A stretch of DNA of 64,000 nucleotides from an uncultured Clostridia bacterium (GCA_947625515.1 CANQOO010000003.1:35240-99239), one strand, 5' to 3'; counted from the stretch's first letter, positions 30,833 through 41,320 are shown. Program-made: numbers and translations. Notes: generated by a model from the letters alone, not told the origin.

Positions 30833-31741
30833 ATGAAAAAAAGTTTTGACATTTTGATTATCGGCGGCGGGGTGGCTGGCATGAGTGCGGCGATTTATGC
30901 CAAACGAAGGGGAAAGAATGTCTGCATCATCGAAAAATTTACGCTGGGCGGGCAGGTGAACACCATTCCAAAAATTGAGAATTTTCCGTCAGAGGTTTCC
31001 ATTGACGGCATCAGTCTTGTGCAGAATTTTGCTATGCAAATTGAGCGTCTGGGCGTGGAAGTGATTTATGACGACGTCCAAAAAGTGGACTATTCCGGCG
31101 AGACAAAGCGAGTTTTTGGGCGTGAGGATGAATATGAGGCAAAAAGCGTCATCCTTGCGACAGGGCTGACATATGTGGAATTGGGCAAAAATGAGAATGA
31201 CTTTTTGGGTCGCGGCGTCAGTTATTGTGCCGTGTGCGACGCCAATTTTTTCCGTGGGAAAGATGTTTGCGTGGCAAGTGCAAGGGGCAGCGGCTTGAAG
31301 GAAGCACTTGTGCTGGCAGAGGTGTGCAGCCACGTGACGGTGCTTGACAGCGGGGATATGTCTGCTTATGCGAGTGCCAACAAAAACAAGAAAATTGATG
31401 TGCTTTCCAATGTCCAAATTGAAAAAGTTGTTGGAAAAGACGCGGTAGAGGGCGTTGAAATTTCAATTTTGAAAGCTCAAAAAGTGGGAAATGGCAAAAC
31501 GAAAACAGAACATGAAAAAAGAATTTTGAAAACCACCGCTCTTTTTGTGGCACTTGGGAAAAAACCGGATAACACCGTTTTTGGCGGGGTGAAGGTGGAC
31601 GCAAAGGGATTTGTCATCACCAACGAAAAAATGCAAACATCCATAGATGGCGTGTTTGCCGTGGGCGATGTGAGAAGCAAAGAACTTAAACAAATTGTCA
31701 CCGCTTGCAGCGATGGTGCCATTGCAGGACAGTTTGCATAA
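30833..31741 (+). CDS. trxB: Thioredoxin-disulfide reductase
   Basis: IIGGGVAG, GRGVSYCAVCD, GVFAVGDV, QIVTACSDGAIA. Confidence 0.9.
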   Translation: MKKSFDILIIGGGVAGMSAAIYAKRRGKNVCIIEKFTLGGQVNTIPKIENFPSEVSIDGISLVQNFAMQIERLGVEVIYDDVQKVDYSGETKRVFGREDEYEAKSVILATGLTYVELGKNENDFLGRGVSYCAVCDANFFRGKDVCVASARGSGLKEALVLAEVCSHVTVLDSGDMSAYASANKNKKIDVLSNVQIEKVVGKDAVEGVEISILKAQKVGNGKTKTEHEKRILKTTALFVALGKKPDNTVFGGVKVDAKGFVITNEKMQTSIDGVFAVGDVRSKELKQIVTACSDGAIAGQFA

Positions 31742-31815
31742 CACCACAATATATGGTGTATTATGCAATGCATAATACACTCTATGTTGATTATCGATAT
31801 ATTTTGTGCTATGCA
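31735..31815. repeat. Dispersed palindromic element copy 4 (overlaps the trxB stop)
   Basis: TGCATAACACCACAATATATGGTGTATTATGCA-A-TGCATAATACACTCTATGTTGATT...TATGCA; boxes at 31744 and 31777. Confidence 0.9.
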
Positions 31816-32121
31816 AAGAGAACGTGCACTGCGTCCATTTCAGGACAATTCTGTTTCAAAATTGGGCGGAACGCATAATCAAAAATTGGGAAAGACTTAT
31901 TTTAAAAGTTAACTCCCATTTGATAAAAAGAACAAAAGGCTTTCAGTTGTCTTTTGTTTCTTTTTTGTTAAACATTTTCAGAAATGGCACCGCCCATTTT
32001 GGTGCTTTTACGCAGATGATTTTGATTTGATTGTTTGTTTTCTTTTCATTTTCCATATCATTTTTGTATGCGGAAGATGGAAAGAGTGTGAAAAATCCAA
32101 ATCAATCGACATGACCAGAGG

Positions 32122-32148
32122 AGAATCCTTCGCTCCCTCAGGATGACA
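32122..32148 (-). repeat. Single copy of a GTCATCCTGAG...GCGAAGGAT REP-like motif
   Basis: Minus strand TGTCATCCTGAGGGAGCGAAGGATTCT resembles a widespread short intergenic repeat; recognised from memory only. Confidence 0.45.
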
Positions 32149-32296
32149 AAGAAGTAAATTTTTTATGGACAAATGTAAAATTCGTTTTTTTTGTAGGAAT
32201 GTTTTTCTATATGAAATCAATTTAAATCAAAGATGTAAGAACTTTTTTCCAAAAAAAACAAAATAAATTAAATATGTTTAATGAGAAATTAAACAT

Positions 32297-33013
32297 TCAT
32301 TCCAAAATCAGTCCGCCGTCCACATAAAGTGTCTGACCGGTTATGAACGAAGCGTTTTCGCTGCACAGGAAACTGATGGCGTTTGCCACGTCTTCTGTTG
32401 TGCCAAGGCGTTGCAGCGGGGTCATTTCCGCCACATCATCTTTTTCTTCTTTGCCAAGATTGTTGTTCATTTTGGTGTCAATAAAGCCCGGGGCGACAAC
32501 ATTGATGCGATAGCCAAGATTGCCCAGTTCGCTTGCAAGAGATTTGCCCAGTCCCGTCATGGCGGCTTTGGTGGCAGCATACACGCTCTCGCACGAGCAG
32601 CCCACTTTTTCCGCAAAAGAGCCGACAAGCAAAATGTTTGCCGGGGTTTTTGCAATTTTCACAAATTCGCGAATTGCCTTGATGGCACTTTTGATGTTCA
32701 CATCAAATAAAGCGTCGATTTCCTCATTTTTAACATCAAAAATCAGCGTCCTTTTTTGGGCTATGCCGGCACAGAACACAAGGGTGTCAATGTATTCAAA
32801 ATCTTTGCCAACTTCGGCAAAAAATTTTTCAATCTCGCCGCTTCCTACAAGGTTGAGGTGATATGTTTTCACGTTCTCTTTGCTTGGCGTCAAATTGATG
32901 GGGCTTTTATTGTATGTCAGTGCCAGATTGTAGCCATCTTTTTGCAGTTTTTTTGCCGCCGCTGCACCAATTTCGCCGGATGCACCAATTATGATTGCAG
33001 TTTTTTTAATCAT
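32297..33013 (-). CDS. Short-chain dehydrogenase/reductase (FabG-like)
   Basis: IGASGEIG, YAATK, NVVAPGFIDT, FITGQTLYVDGG. Confidence 0.9.
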   Translation of the reverse strand: MIKKTAIIIGASGEIGAAAAKKLQKDGYNLALTYNKSPINLTPSKENVKTYHLNLVGSGEIEKFFAEVGKDFEYIDTLVFCAGIAQKRTLIFDVKNEEIDALFDVNIKSAIKAIREFVKIAKTPANILLVGSFAEKVGCSCESVYAATKAAMTGLGKSLASELGNLGYRINVVAPGFIDTKMNNNLGKEEKDDVAEMTPLQRLGTTEDVANAISFLCSENASFITGQTLYVDGGLILE

Positions 33014-33104
33014 TTTTCTCTCCTGATTTTTTTATTAAATTTTTAATGAATTTTTCGCTTAATCTTTTTTATTTTAGCATTTTTTCGCCCTACATCCAAG
33101 CGAT

Positions 33105-33146
33105 TTTGACAAATCAACTTCACAATTTGATAAATCAACTTCACAA
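33105..33146. repeat. 21-bp tandem duplication between the SDR gene and lysS
   Basis: TTTGA(C/T)AAATCAACTTCACAA twice. Confidence 0.8.
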
Positions 33147-33258
33147 AATGTTCTTTTTGATTGACTTGCAGGAATTTTTGTGATATATTTGTTTCGATTC
33201 TATATTGAAATTATAGACTGAAATTAATGAGAAAAATATTTTTTAAAAGGTGAGAAAC

Positions 33259-34719
33259 ATGGAAGAAAATTTGTCTAATGAAGTTGATATCAGACGTGCA
33301 AAAATTGAACAACTTAAAGCGGAAGGGGAAATTCCGTATAAAGAAAAATTTGAACGCACTTGCACTATCTTGCAGGCTCGCGAGAAGCTTGGCGAGCATG
33401 TGAAAATTGCCGGCCGAATTGTGTTTCGCCGTATTATGGGCAAGTTTGGTTTTTGCCAAATTCGTGACATCTATGCCGCCATTCAAATTTCTGTCGGCAG
33501 AAATGAGTTTTCGGAAGAGGACTATAATTTCTACAAAAAAATGATTGACATCGGCGATTTTATTGGTGTGGAAGGCGAAGTCTATCAGACGCAAACTGGC
33601 GAGGTGACTGTGCGGGCGGAAAAAATCACTTTGCTTTCCAAAACTCTGCGACCGCTGCCAGAGAAATTTCACGGCATTGCCGACACGGAAATTAGATATC
33701 GCCAGCGCTATCTCGACCTCATCACAAACGAGGACAGCCGAAAGATTTTCTTGACTCGCAGCAAGGTGGAGTCTTTCATTCGCAGATATCTTGAGGACAA
33801 CGGCTTCATTGAAGTTGAGACGCCAATCCTGCAAACAAGCGTTTCGGGGGCAAGTGCCAAGCCGTTTTTCACCCATCACAACGCTCTTGACATGCAGTGC
33901 AACCTGCGAATTGCCACCGAATGTGCGTTGAAGGAATGCATCGCGGCTGGCATCGACCGCGTGTTTGAACTTGGCAAGGATTTCCGCAACGAGGGCATGG
34001 ACCCGGCACACTTGCAGGAGTTTACACAGGTTGAGTGGTATGCCTCCTATTGGAATTTTGAGGACAACATCGCTTTCTTTAAGAAGATGATTGTGGAACT
34101 TTTCAAAACCTGCTTTGGCACAACAAAAGTGAACTATCAGGGGCAGGAAATTGACTTTGACGGGGCTTGGCCGCGGGTGGACTATGTGGCACGCATGCGA
34201 GAACTTTTGGGCTGCGACTTTTTGTCTGTTGACGATGTGGACGAACTGAAAAAGATTGCAGTTGAAAAGCAAAAACTGTTCTCTTATGCCGAACTTGAAG
34301 AATGCAAGACCGTCCGCACGCTGATTGACTATATCTACAAACGCAAAATCCGTGCTGACATTGTGGAGCCGACAATTTTGTTTAACTATCCTGCATCGCT
34401 CATTCCGCTTGCACGTCGCAACGACAAAGATGACAGAATTATTGACGTTTTCCAAGTTGTCGCTGGCGGGCAAGAACTTGTGAAGGCATACAGCGAACTT
34501 GTTGACCCAATCACACAAAGAAAAACCTTGGAGGACCAACTGAAAGAAAAAGCGGCGGGCGACGAGGAAACAATGGATGTCGATGAGGACTTCTTGCTGG
34601 CAATGGAGCATGGCATGCCTCCAATTTCTGGGCTGGGCTTTGGCATTGACCGCTTCTTGATGTTTGCGTTCGACTGCCCGAACATCCGCGATGTCGTGCT
34701 TTTCCCTACAATGAAGTGA
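33259..34719 (+). CDS. lysS: Lysine--tRNA ligase (class II)
   Basis: RYRQRYLDL, GASAKPF, FRNEG, GMPPISGLGFGIDR, IRDVVLFP. Confidence 0.97.
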   Translation: MEENLSNEVDIRRAKIEQLKAEGEIPYKEKFERTCTILQAREKLGEHVKIAGRIVFRRIMGKFGFCQIRDIYAAIQISVGRNEFSEEDYNFYKKMIDIGDFIGVEGEVYQTQTGEVTVRAEKITLLSKTLRPLPEKFHGIADTEIRYRQRYLDLITNEDSRKIFLTRSKVESFIRRYLEDNGFIEVETPILQTSVSGASAKPFFTHHNALDMQCNLRIATECALKECIAAGIDRVFELGKDFRNEGMDPAHLQEFTQVEWYASYWNFEDNIAFFKKMIVELFKTCFGTTKVNYQGQEIDFDGAWPRVDYVARMRELLGCDFLSVDDVDELKKIAVEKQKLFSYAELEECKTVRTLIDYIYKRKIRADIVEPTILFNYPASLIPLARRNDKDDRIIDVFQVVAGGQELVKAYSELVDPITQRKTLEDQLKEKAAGDEETMDVDEDFLLAMEHGMPPISGLGFGIDRFLMFAFDCPNIRDVVLFPTMK

Positions 34720-34908
34720 CATTTTGACTATTTTAACACAAGGACTTTATTGCTTAGATAAAATTGTGTAATTTTACTCATAAATTTGTGCAATACTCTT
34801 GAAAAATTGAGCAATACTCAAATAAATCGGACAGAATAAAGAATATGGCGAAATTTTGAAAAGTGGATTTGAAAAAAGAGAAAGAAATATCGCGAGAAGG
34901 GGCGTAAG

Positions 34909-35538
34909 GTGAAAAGAAAATTGACGGCGGAATTTGTCATGAAGGGGTTGGACATCATGGTGCCAGACCCAAAGTGTGAACTTGAACACAACAATCCGTT
35001 TGAACTTCTGGTGGCGGTGATTCTTTCCGCACAATGCACCGACAAGCGTGTCAATCAGGTGACGCGAGAACTTTTTAAAACGCACAACACGCCGGACGCT
35101 TTCCTGAAAATTTCGCAAGGAGAACTTGAACAGAAAATTCATTCCTGCGGCTTCTATCACAACAAGGCAAAGGCCATCAAGGCAATGAGTGCGGACATCT
35201 TGACGCGTTTCGGCGGGCAAGTGCCAGCAAATTTCGACGACTTGTTGACGCTTGCCGGCGTGGGGCGAAAGACGGCGAATGTGGTCATGGCGGTGGCGTT
35301 TGGCGGGGACAATTTTGCAGTGGACACGCACGTGCTTCGCGTTTCCAATCGGCTGGGGCTGGTTTTGACCAAAGACCCAAACAAATGCGAAGAGGAACTT
35401 TGCAAAATCTTTCCAAAGAAAAACTGGTCGCGGCTGCACTATCAAATGGTGCTTTTTGGCAGATACACTTGCAAGGCGATGAAGCCGGAGTGCGAAAAAT
35501 GTGTTTTCAATCGCGAATGCCCGCACTCACGCGTGTGA
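34909..35538 (+). CDS. nth: Endonuclease III
   Basis: LSAQCTD, LAGVGRKTANVV, VDTHV, C-x6-C-x2-C-x5-C Fe-S motif. Confidence 0.96.
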   Translation: MKRKLTAEFVMKGLDIMVPDPKCELEHNNPFELLVAVILSAQCTDKRVNQVTRELFKTHNTPDAFLKISQGELEQKIHSCGFYHNKAKAIKAMSADILTRFGGQVPANFDDLLTLAGVGRKTANVVMAVAFGGDNFAVDTHVLRVSNRLGLVLTKDPNKCEEELCKIFPKKNWSRLHYQMVLFGRYTCKAMKPECEKCVFNRECPHSRV

Positions 35539-35598
35539 AATGTGAAAAATTGAGATGCATTTGCATGTTTTGAAAATGTGATGATTTGAAGGTGGAAT

Positions 35599-36870
35599 AT
35601 GTTTCTTGATAGAGTGAAAATTTCGATAAAAGCAGGCAATGGTGGCAAGGGGTCAACATCTTTTTTGCGAACAAAGTTGAATGCCAATGGTGGCCCCGAT
35701 GGCGGCGATGGCGGCAAGGGCGGCGACATTGTTTTTGTTGCGACCAACGATTTAAACACGCTCTATCCGTTCCGCTTTAAAAAGAAATTTGTTGCCGAAA
35801 ATGGCGAGGACGGGCATCAGAAGAATCAAACAGGCAAAAGCGGAAAAGACGAAATTATTGAGGTGCCAACCGGCACAGTGCTTGTCAATCCAAAAACGGA
35901 CAAGATTATCGCCGACCTGAGCGAGGATGGGTCGCGATTTGTGGCACTCAAAGGCGGGGCGGGCGGCCACGGGAACGCATATTATCGCTCGTCAATCAAG
36001 CAGGCCCCATCTTTTTCGCAGACGGGCGAGGTCACCGAGCTTCGGGAAGTGATTTTGGAACTTAAAACCATCGCTGATGTCGGGCTGGTGGGCTTTCCAA
36101 ATGTCGGCAAGTCCACGCTTTTGTCGGTGATTTCAAACGCGAATCCTAAAATTGCGAACTACCCATTCACGACCATTTATCCTAATTTGGGCGTGTGCGA
36201 AGTGCTGGGCGAAACATTTGTGGTGGCTGACATTCCGGGGCTGATTGAGGGTGCCAGCGAGGGCTTGGGGCTTGGGCATTACTTCTTGAAACACGTGGAG
36301 CGGGTGCGTCTTATTGTGCATCTTGTGGACATTTCCGAGAGCGAAGGCCGCCATGCCGAGGATGATTTTCGCATAATCAATGAAGAACTTGCAAAATATG
36401 ACGCGGACCTTGCCAAAACAAAACAAATTGTGGTGCTTTCCAAATGCGACTTGCTGGAAAAAGAGCAGCTGGAAAAGCGAGTTGAGGACTTTTGCAAAGC
36501 GACCAAAGTGAAAGATGTGCTGATGATTTCTTCATATTCGCGTGATGGCATCGAAGAGCTTAAACGCAAAATATTGGAGAATTTGAAGAAAATTCCAAAG
36601 AAAGCACCACTTGCCGTGCAGGAGTTTGATTTTGATAAGAAGGATGTGTCCAGCATTGAAGTTTCCCGCCGCAGCGATGGCAGTTTTGAGATTTCAGGCG
36701 GAAGAATTGAAAGTTTAATTCGCGGCGTTGTGCTTTCCGACCAAACTTCTTTTGCATATTTTCAGACGAGACTGAAAGAAATGGGCGTTATTGACCTATT
36801 GAAAGAAAAAGGGCTGAAAGAGGGTGACACTGTTGTCATCAAAGACATCAGTTTTGAATATATGGAATGA
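35599..36870 (+). CDS. obgE: GTPase Obg
   Basis: Gly-rich Obg fold, GFPNVGKST, YPFTT, DIPGLIEGA, C-terminal domain. Confidence 0.97.
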   Translation: MFLDRVKISIKAGNGGKGSTSFLRTKLNANGGPDGGDGGKGGDIVFVATNDLNTLYPFRFKKKFVAENGEDGHQKNQTGKSGKDEIIEVPTGTVLVNPKTDKIIADLSEDGSRFVALKGGAGGHGNAYYRSSIKQAPSFSQTGEVTELREVILELKTIADVGLVGFPNVGKSTLLSVISNANPKIANYPFTTIYPNLGVCEVLGETFVVADIPGLIEGASEGLGLGHYFLKHVERVRLIVHLVDISESEGRHAEDDFRIINEELAKYDADLAKTKQIVVLSKCDLLEKEQLEKRVEDFCKATKVKDVLMISSYSRDGIEELKRKILENLKKIPKKAPLAVQEFDFDKKDVSSIEVSRRSDGSFEISGGRIESLIRGVVLSDQTSFAYFQTRLKEMGVIDLLKEKGLKEGDTVVIKDISFEYME

Positions 36871-36978
36871 AGATTTTAAGAAAGACGCATCAAATGTGCT
36901 ATAAAAATGTATAAGAATGTTTGAATAAGAATGTTCTATAAAATGCATTCAAAACATTGCTTAAAATTATAGAAAAAT

Positions 36979-37036
36979 TACATATCACCACAATATAAGG
37001 TGTATTATGCATGCATACCACCGCAACATGTGGAAT
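36979..37036. repeat. Dispersed palindromic element copy 5
   Basis: CCACAATATAAGGTGT-ATTATGCA-TGCATACCA-CCGCAACATGTGGAAT; boxes 33 bp apart. Confidence 0.85.
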
Positions 37037-37250
37037 TTTTAAAAATAATAAAAATCATGCAATTTAAAAATAATCGGAAAAATTAAGAAAAAAAATAACA
37101 AAAAATGCAGTCAAAAACTTGGAAATAAAATTGGCAAAAAATACAAAATTGAAAACAAAATCGAAATGAAATAAGAAAATTTGATAAATCAATAATGAAT
37201 GGGGAAAATCAAAATAAATTGGACAAAATATTAGGAATAAAGGAGCGAGA

Positions 37251-37547
37251 ATGATTACAACAAAACAACGTGCGTTTTTGCGAGGGCTTGGAAATGCTCT
37301 TGACCCGCTGATGCAGATTGGCAAGGAGGGCGTGACGGAAAATGTGCTGGAAAGTGCCAACCTGCTTTTGGAAGCACGGGAACTTGTGAAAATTAGGGTG
37401 CTGAAAAATGCGGACGAATCGACGCGAACCGTCGCCGAAGAGGTTGCCGGCCGACTTGGTGCGGAGGTTGTGCAGGTTATTGGCAACAATTTCATTCTTT
37501 ATAAAGTTTCCACACGCAAAAACTTCAAACATATCGAGTTGCCATAA
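37251..37547 (+). CDS. yhbY: YhbY (CRM domain) RNA-binding protein
   Basis: TTKQRAFLRG, QIGKEG, RELVKIRVL, VVQVIG. Confidence 0.93.
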   Translation: MITTKQRAFLRGLGNALDPLMQIGKEGVTENVLESANLLLEARELVKIRVLKNADESTRTVAEEVAGRLGAEVVQVIGNNFILYKVSTRKNFKHIELP

Positions 37548-37665
37548 ATGCAAATTTTTTATTATTTTCGCAGCATCACTTTTTTGTTGCATCTTTTTTT
37601 TGAGAAATTTAATTTCAACTAGATTTCAAGAATAAATTTTTAAAATCTTGTTAGTATCGAATTTT

Positions 37666-38523
37666 TCACAACACTTGGGGGCTTTGTTTCGCGTTGTAGA
37701 TTGTGTTGAACTGCGAAAAAAGTGCGAATGTCACCAAAATTGAGGCGACAAAGCAATAATAGATGCTCACGCGGACAAATAGCCCGCTTAAAATCAGCAC
37801 AATGGCGGAGAAGAGATAGCCTCTTGTCCTTTTTTTGTTGAAGGAATATGCCACAAAATCTCGCCACGTCATTTTGCTGCCGCTAAGTTTGTGCGTGATG
37901 TCCGGAAAACAATCATAGGCCTTGTAGAGTTGTTGATAGGTGGCAAACTCATCCAAGAACAGGAACTTTTCGCTGAAATTTCGCACAAGCGAAAAAAGTT
38001 GTTTGTCGGCGACAAATTTGCAGCAGATGACAATTTTGGTCGCCTTTTCTTTTTTCACCTTGCCATAAAGTTGCATAAATTTTGTCACGGTCAGCCCGTC
38101 AAAAGTCAGGTCGGCACACAGCACTGTGCAGACATTTTCATCGGGATGACGTATCAGCACATAGTCCTTTCTTTTCGTCACGTCGGGATGTTTTTTGCGG
38201 GCAAGTTTGGCAAAAAATTCCATTGGTTTGTCGGCACATGACAGCGAGAAAAACATGTTTTCTGCGTCCTCTTTCTCTTTCATTTTCAGCCCCAGTTTGT
38301 CCTGCCTGCGTTTGCTCAGGAAAAACAGAATGGCATAAATCACGCCGCTCAGCAAAGTCGTCGCCAGCAAAACAAGCCAAAGTGGGCGAAGAAAGTATCT
38401 CAGCCAGACAAAGCACAGTAAAAAGATTAGGCTGAACCGCAGAATTTCTTGAAAAATGATTCTTGCTTTTCTCACGCCACAATTTTTGCCACGATGGACA
38501 TTTTTTAAACTTATTTGCGGCAT
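37666..38523 (-). CDS. Hypothetical membrane protein (N- and C-terminal TM pairs)
   Basis: Long ORF with hydrophobic ends and a soluble centre; no family recognised. Confidence 0.75.
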   Translation of the reverse strand: MPQISLKNVHRGKNCGVRKARIIFQEILRFSLIFLLCFVWLRYFLRPLWLVLLATTLLSGVIYAILFFLSKRRQDKLGLKMKEKEDAENMFFSLSCADKPMEFFAKLARKKHPDVTKRKDYVLIRHPDENVCTVLCADLTFDGLTVTKFMQLYGKVKKEKATKIVICCKFVADKQLFSLVRNFSEKFLFLDEFATYQQLYKAYDCFPDITHKLSGSKMTWRDFVAYSFNKKRTRGYLFSAIVLILSGLFVRVSIYYCFVASILVTFALFSQFNTIYNAKQSPQVL

Positions 38524-38643
38524 TTGAATTATGTTATGGACGGGAAGATATTGTTGTGTCACATAAGGCAAATATTTTCCACAAAAAACAAAAAGAATTT
38601 CAAAATGTTTGACAAACGCTCAAAAAGTTGATAATATATAATT

Positions 38644-38958
38644 ATGATGAACATCAAACAGTTTGTCGATTTGCTTGTGGAAAACAAAATGAAAAACATC
38701 TCGGTCTATGACCTCACGGAAGGCGACCAAGAAAAATTTATCATTCTTTGCACGTCCAGCAAGCCGCTCGACAGCAAAAAAGCCGCAGATGTGATTGCGG
38801 AAAAATATGGCTATACGGACAAAATTGAGGGCTATTTCAAGGGCGAGTGGATTGTGTTTGACTTTCAAAATTTGACCCTCCACATCTTCCTGCCACGCGT
38901 GAGAGAAAAATATAATCTAGACAAACTTTACAAGCCTCGCAAAATCACAATAAAATAA
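38644..38958 (+). CDS. rsfS: Ribosome silencing factor (divergent)
   Basis: NISVYDL, FIILCTS, EG..GEWIVFDF..LHIF..REKYNLDKLY; TTGACA-17-TAATAT promoter ending 6 nt before the ATG. Confidence 0.8.
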   Translation: MMNIKQFVDLLVENKMKNISVYDLTEGDQEKFIILCTSSKPLDSKKAADVIAEKYGYTDKIEGYFKGEWIVFDFQNLTLHIFLPRVREKYNLDKLYKPRKITIK

Positions 38959-39051
38959 TTGCAACAAACAATGTGAAAATGTTGCAAAAAAAAGAAAGAA
39001 GCACAAAAAAGAATTGAGTAATTGAAAAAATAAATATGCTTTACAAAGAAC

Positions 39052-39076
39052 AAAATCGGGGAGACCTGATTTTTTT
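39052..39076. terminator. Terminator after rsfS
   Basis: AAAATCGGG-GAGA-CCTGATTTT followed by a T-run. Confidence 0.65.
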
Positions 39077-39369
39077 GTTGTTTATTATATTTTTCTGTTT
39101 TATATATTGCTTCTGTGTGAGTTTCTTATTAATTTCATACTGAATTTTAGATAATTTTGTGTTATGTCGAATTTTTTATATAATTTTTTGGCATTTTTTT
39201 ATAATTGTTTGTTTTTGTTTTTATAAATGCTTGTCAAAATTTTTATATAATTTTTGTTATTTTTTTATAATTACAGCTTTTTACAATAATTGCTAAATAA
39301 TTGCTAATCGAATTTTTATTATAATTGCTAAACGAATTTTTACTATAATTGCTTGACAAATTTTTGATA

Positions 39370-40062
39370 TTATTTTTGCGTGTGTTTTAAAGGATTGTCT
39401 TTGCACTTAATTTGTGTTTTTCGTGCAAGAAGCACGTCTTCCAACGTTTCAAATTGTTTTTGTTGACTTGGAAATTTAATTCCGCTGCGTTGGGCAACAC
39501 TTTTGAACGTTTCAAAATTGTTGTTTTTGATGCAATTAAATCTTTCCATACTTTCCGCAAGCAGGCAAATGTCTTTCAGTCCTCGCCAGGCGGCATAGTG
39601 CAGTGGAGTGTTGCCTTCGTCGTCCTGAATTTCCATCGCTTTTGGATTCACGTCCAACGCCAACAGGCAAACCTTGCTCATTCCACGATTCGCGGCAAGG
39701 TGCAAAAATGTCGCTCCGTCCACATTCTGAATTTCCGCAAGACTAGGCTCCGCTTCCAGTGCGAGCAAACAGGCGTTTTCAAAGCCAGCTTGTGCCGCGT
39801 GATGCAGGCAGGTGTTTTTGTTGCTGTCCTGCAATCGGTTTAGGTGCGGAAAGTGCTGCATTATGCCGCAAAGCAACTCTTCCCGCGTCTGCTGAAATTC
39901 CTGCAAAAGCGTCTTGCCGCAACTGGATTTTTTGAGGAATAAATCGGCATCTTCTGTCTCTTGAATATATTTCTTCATTTGCTCATCAAACGCGTGCGGC
40001 GGCATGTGCTGCATGATTTCAAGCAACGCGTCAATTTCGTTTGTCATCACCACCTCTTGCAT
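39370..40062 (-). CDS. Ankyrin-repeat protein
   Basis: QDSNKNTCLHHAA, QNVDGATFLHLAA, QDDEGNTPLHYAA at ~35-aa spacing. Confidence 0.88.
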   Translation of the reverse strand: MQEVVMTNEIDALLEIMQHMPPHAFDEQMKKYIQETEDADLFLKKSSCGKTLLQEFQQTREELLCGIMQHFPHLNRLQDSNKNTCLHHAAQAGFENACLLALEAEPSLAEIQNVDGATFLHLAANRGMSKVCLLALDVNPKAMEIQDDEGNTPLHYAAWRGLKDICLLAESMERFNCIKNNNFETFKSVAQRSGIKFPSQQKQFETLEDVLLARKTQIKCKDNPLKHTQK

Positions 40063-40315
40063 ATTATTTATGCAAGCAGCCCGGATACTGCAAAAATTTT
40101 TCTAAGAAAATAGCAAAAATTAGGAATGCAAAATAAAAAGCCGCCAAATATTGGCGACAAATTTGCAAAAAAATTTATGTATTTAATCTGACGATGTTCC
40201 TTATAATTTTTAAGTTAAAATTTTCCTTTTAAGGCGATGTTGATTTCCTTAGGTTGATATTTTTCCTTATAATGCGATATTTATTAAACTGATGATTTTC
40301 TTATAAAGCGGAGAG

Positions 40316-41320
40316 CTATTTTATTTTCTCCAAGAATGGATTCTTCCAGCCCTGAGAGATGTCCGGGCTGGCAGGGACGGTGATGGTTGGCAATGTTTTT
40401 TGGGTCATGCGGTTGCCACTCGCCAAAATGCTGTGATATGTTTCTTTGAAGCGATTTGGCACATCCTCCACTTGTCCATTTGCGGCATTGCAAAGCTCAT
40501 TGTTGCCAGCAAATGCCGCCATGTGCAAAAATGTGTCTCCGTTGTTGTTCTGAATGTTTGCAAGCCCTGGCACACTCAATGCCTTGATGCACACTTCATT
40601 CAGTTGAGGCAAAGCGGCGGCATAGTGCAAAAAAGTGTTTCCATGCTCATCTTGCAAGAAGGGCAGAATTGGATCTTTTAAGGCTTCAAGATAGACGGCC
40701 TTGCGGCGGGCTATTTCTTCATCCGACAATTTTAATATGCTGCAGGCGTCATAGTGCAAAAATGTGCCACCATGCTCGTCCTGAATGCTGGCACACTCGG
40801 GGTGTTGCTGCAAAATTTGAAGCCAAGAATCGACATATTCTGTCTTGCCAGCGGAAAAGTGCAAATATGTCTGGCCTTTTGCGTTGCAAACATATGTTTC
40901 AGGATTATCTTTCACCATATCAAACACTTTCAGCAGCCCATTTGCAACGGCAACGTGAAGAAATGTGTTGCCAAATTCATCTTGCACCTTGCATAGTTCT
41001 GGCCTTTTTTGAATTGCATATATGCACACATCTTCCATTTTGCATTTTGCAACGTTGACCATGAAATCTCGCCCGTCGCTTAGGGTAACAGCGTTTGGCA
41101 TGCGGTCTATGATTGCACATAAAAGTTCTTTCTTTTGCTTCTTCAAAAACAGGTCAATCACCGACATGCCATTTTTAGCCCGCTCACGGAAGAGATTGGA
41201 CATCTTTTCTTCATTGGCTTTTTTTATGTGTTGAAGCATCAACTCGTCAAAGTCTGCAAGGCTTTGCTCCGAAATCATGATAAAATCGGCATAATTGCCA
41301 GCCGCAACATTTCCCATCAT
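40316..41320 (-). CDS. Ankyrin-repeat protein
   Basis: QDEFGNTFLHVAV, QDEHGGTFLHY, QDEHGNTFLHYAA, QNNNGDTFLHMAA; TTGACA-18-TACAAT promoter and GGAGGG RBS. Confidence 0.88.
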   Translation of the reverse strand: MMGNVAAGNYADFIMISEQSLADFDELMLQHIKKANEEKMSNLFRERAKNGMSVIDLFLKKQKKELLCAIIDRMPNAVTLSDGRDFMVNVAKCKMEDVCIYAIQKRPELCKVQDEFGNTFLHVAVANGLLKVFDMVKDNPETYVCNAKGQTYLHFSAGKTEYVDSWLQILQQHPECASIQDEHGGTFLHYDACSILKLSDEEIARRKAVYLEALKDPILPFLQDEHGNTFLHYAAALPQLNEVCIKALSVPGLANIQNNNGDTFLHMAAFAGNNELCNAANGQVEDVPNRFKETYHSILASGNRMTQKTLPTITVPASPDISQGWKNPFLEKIK

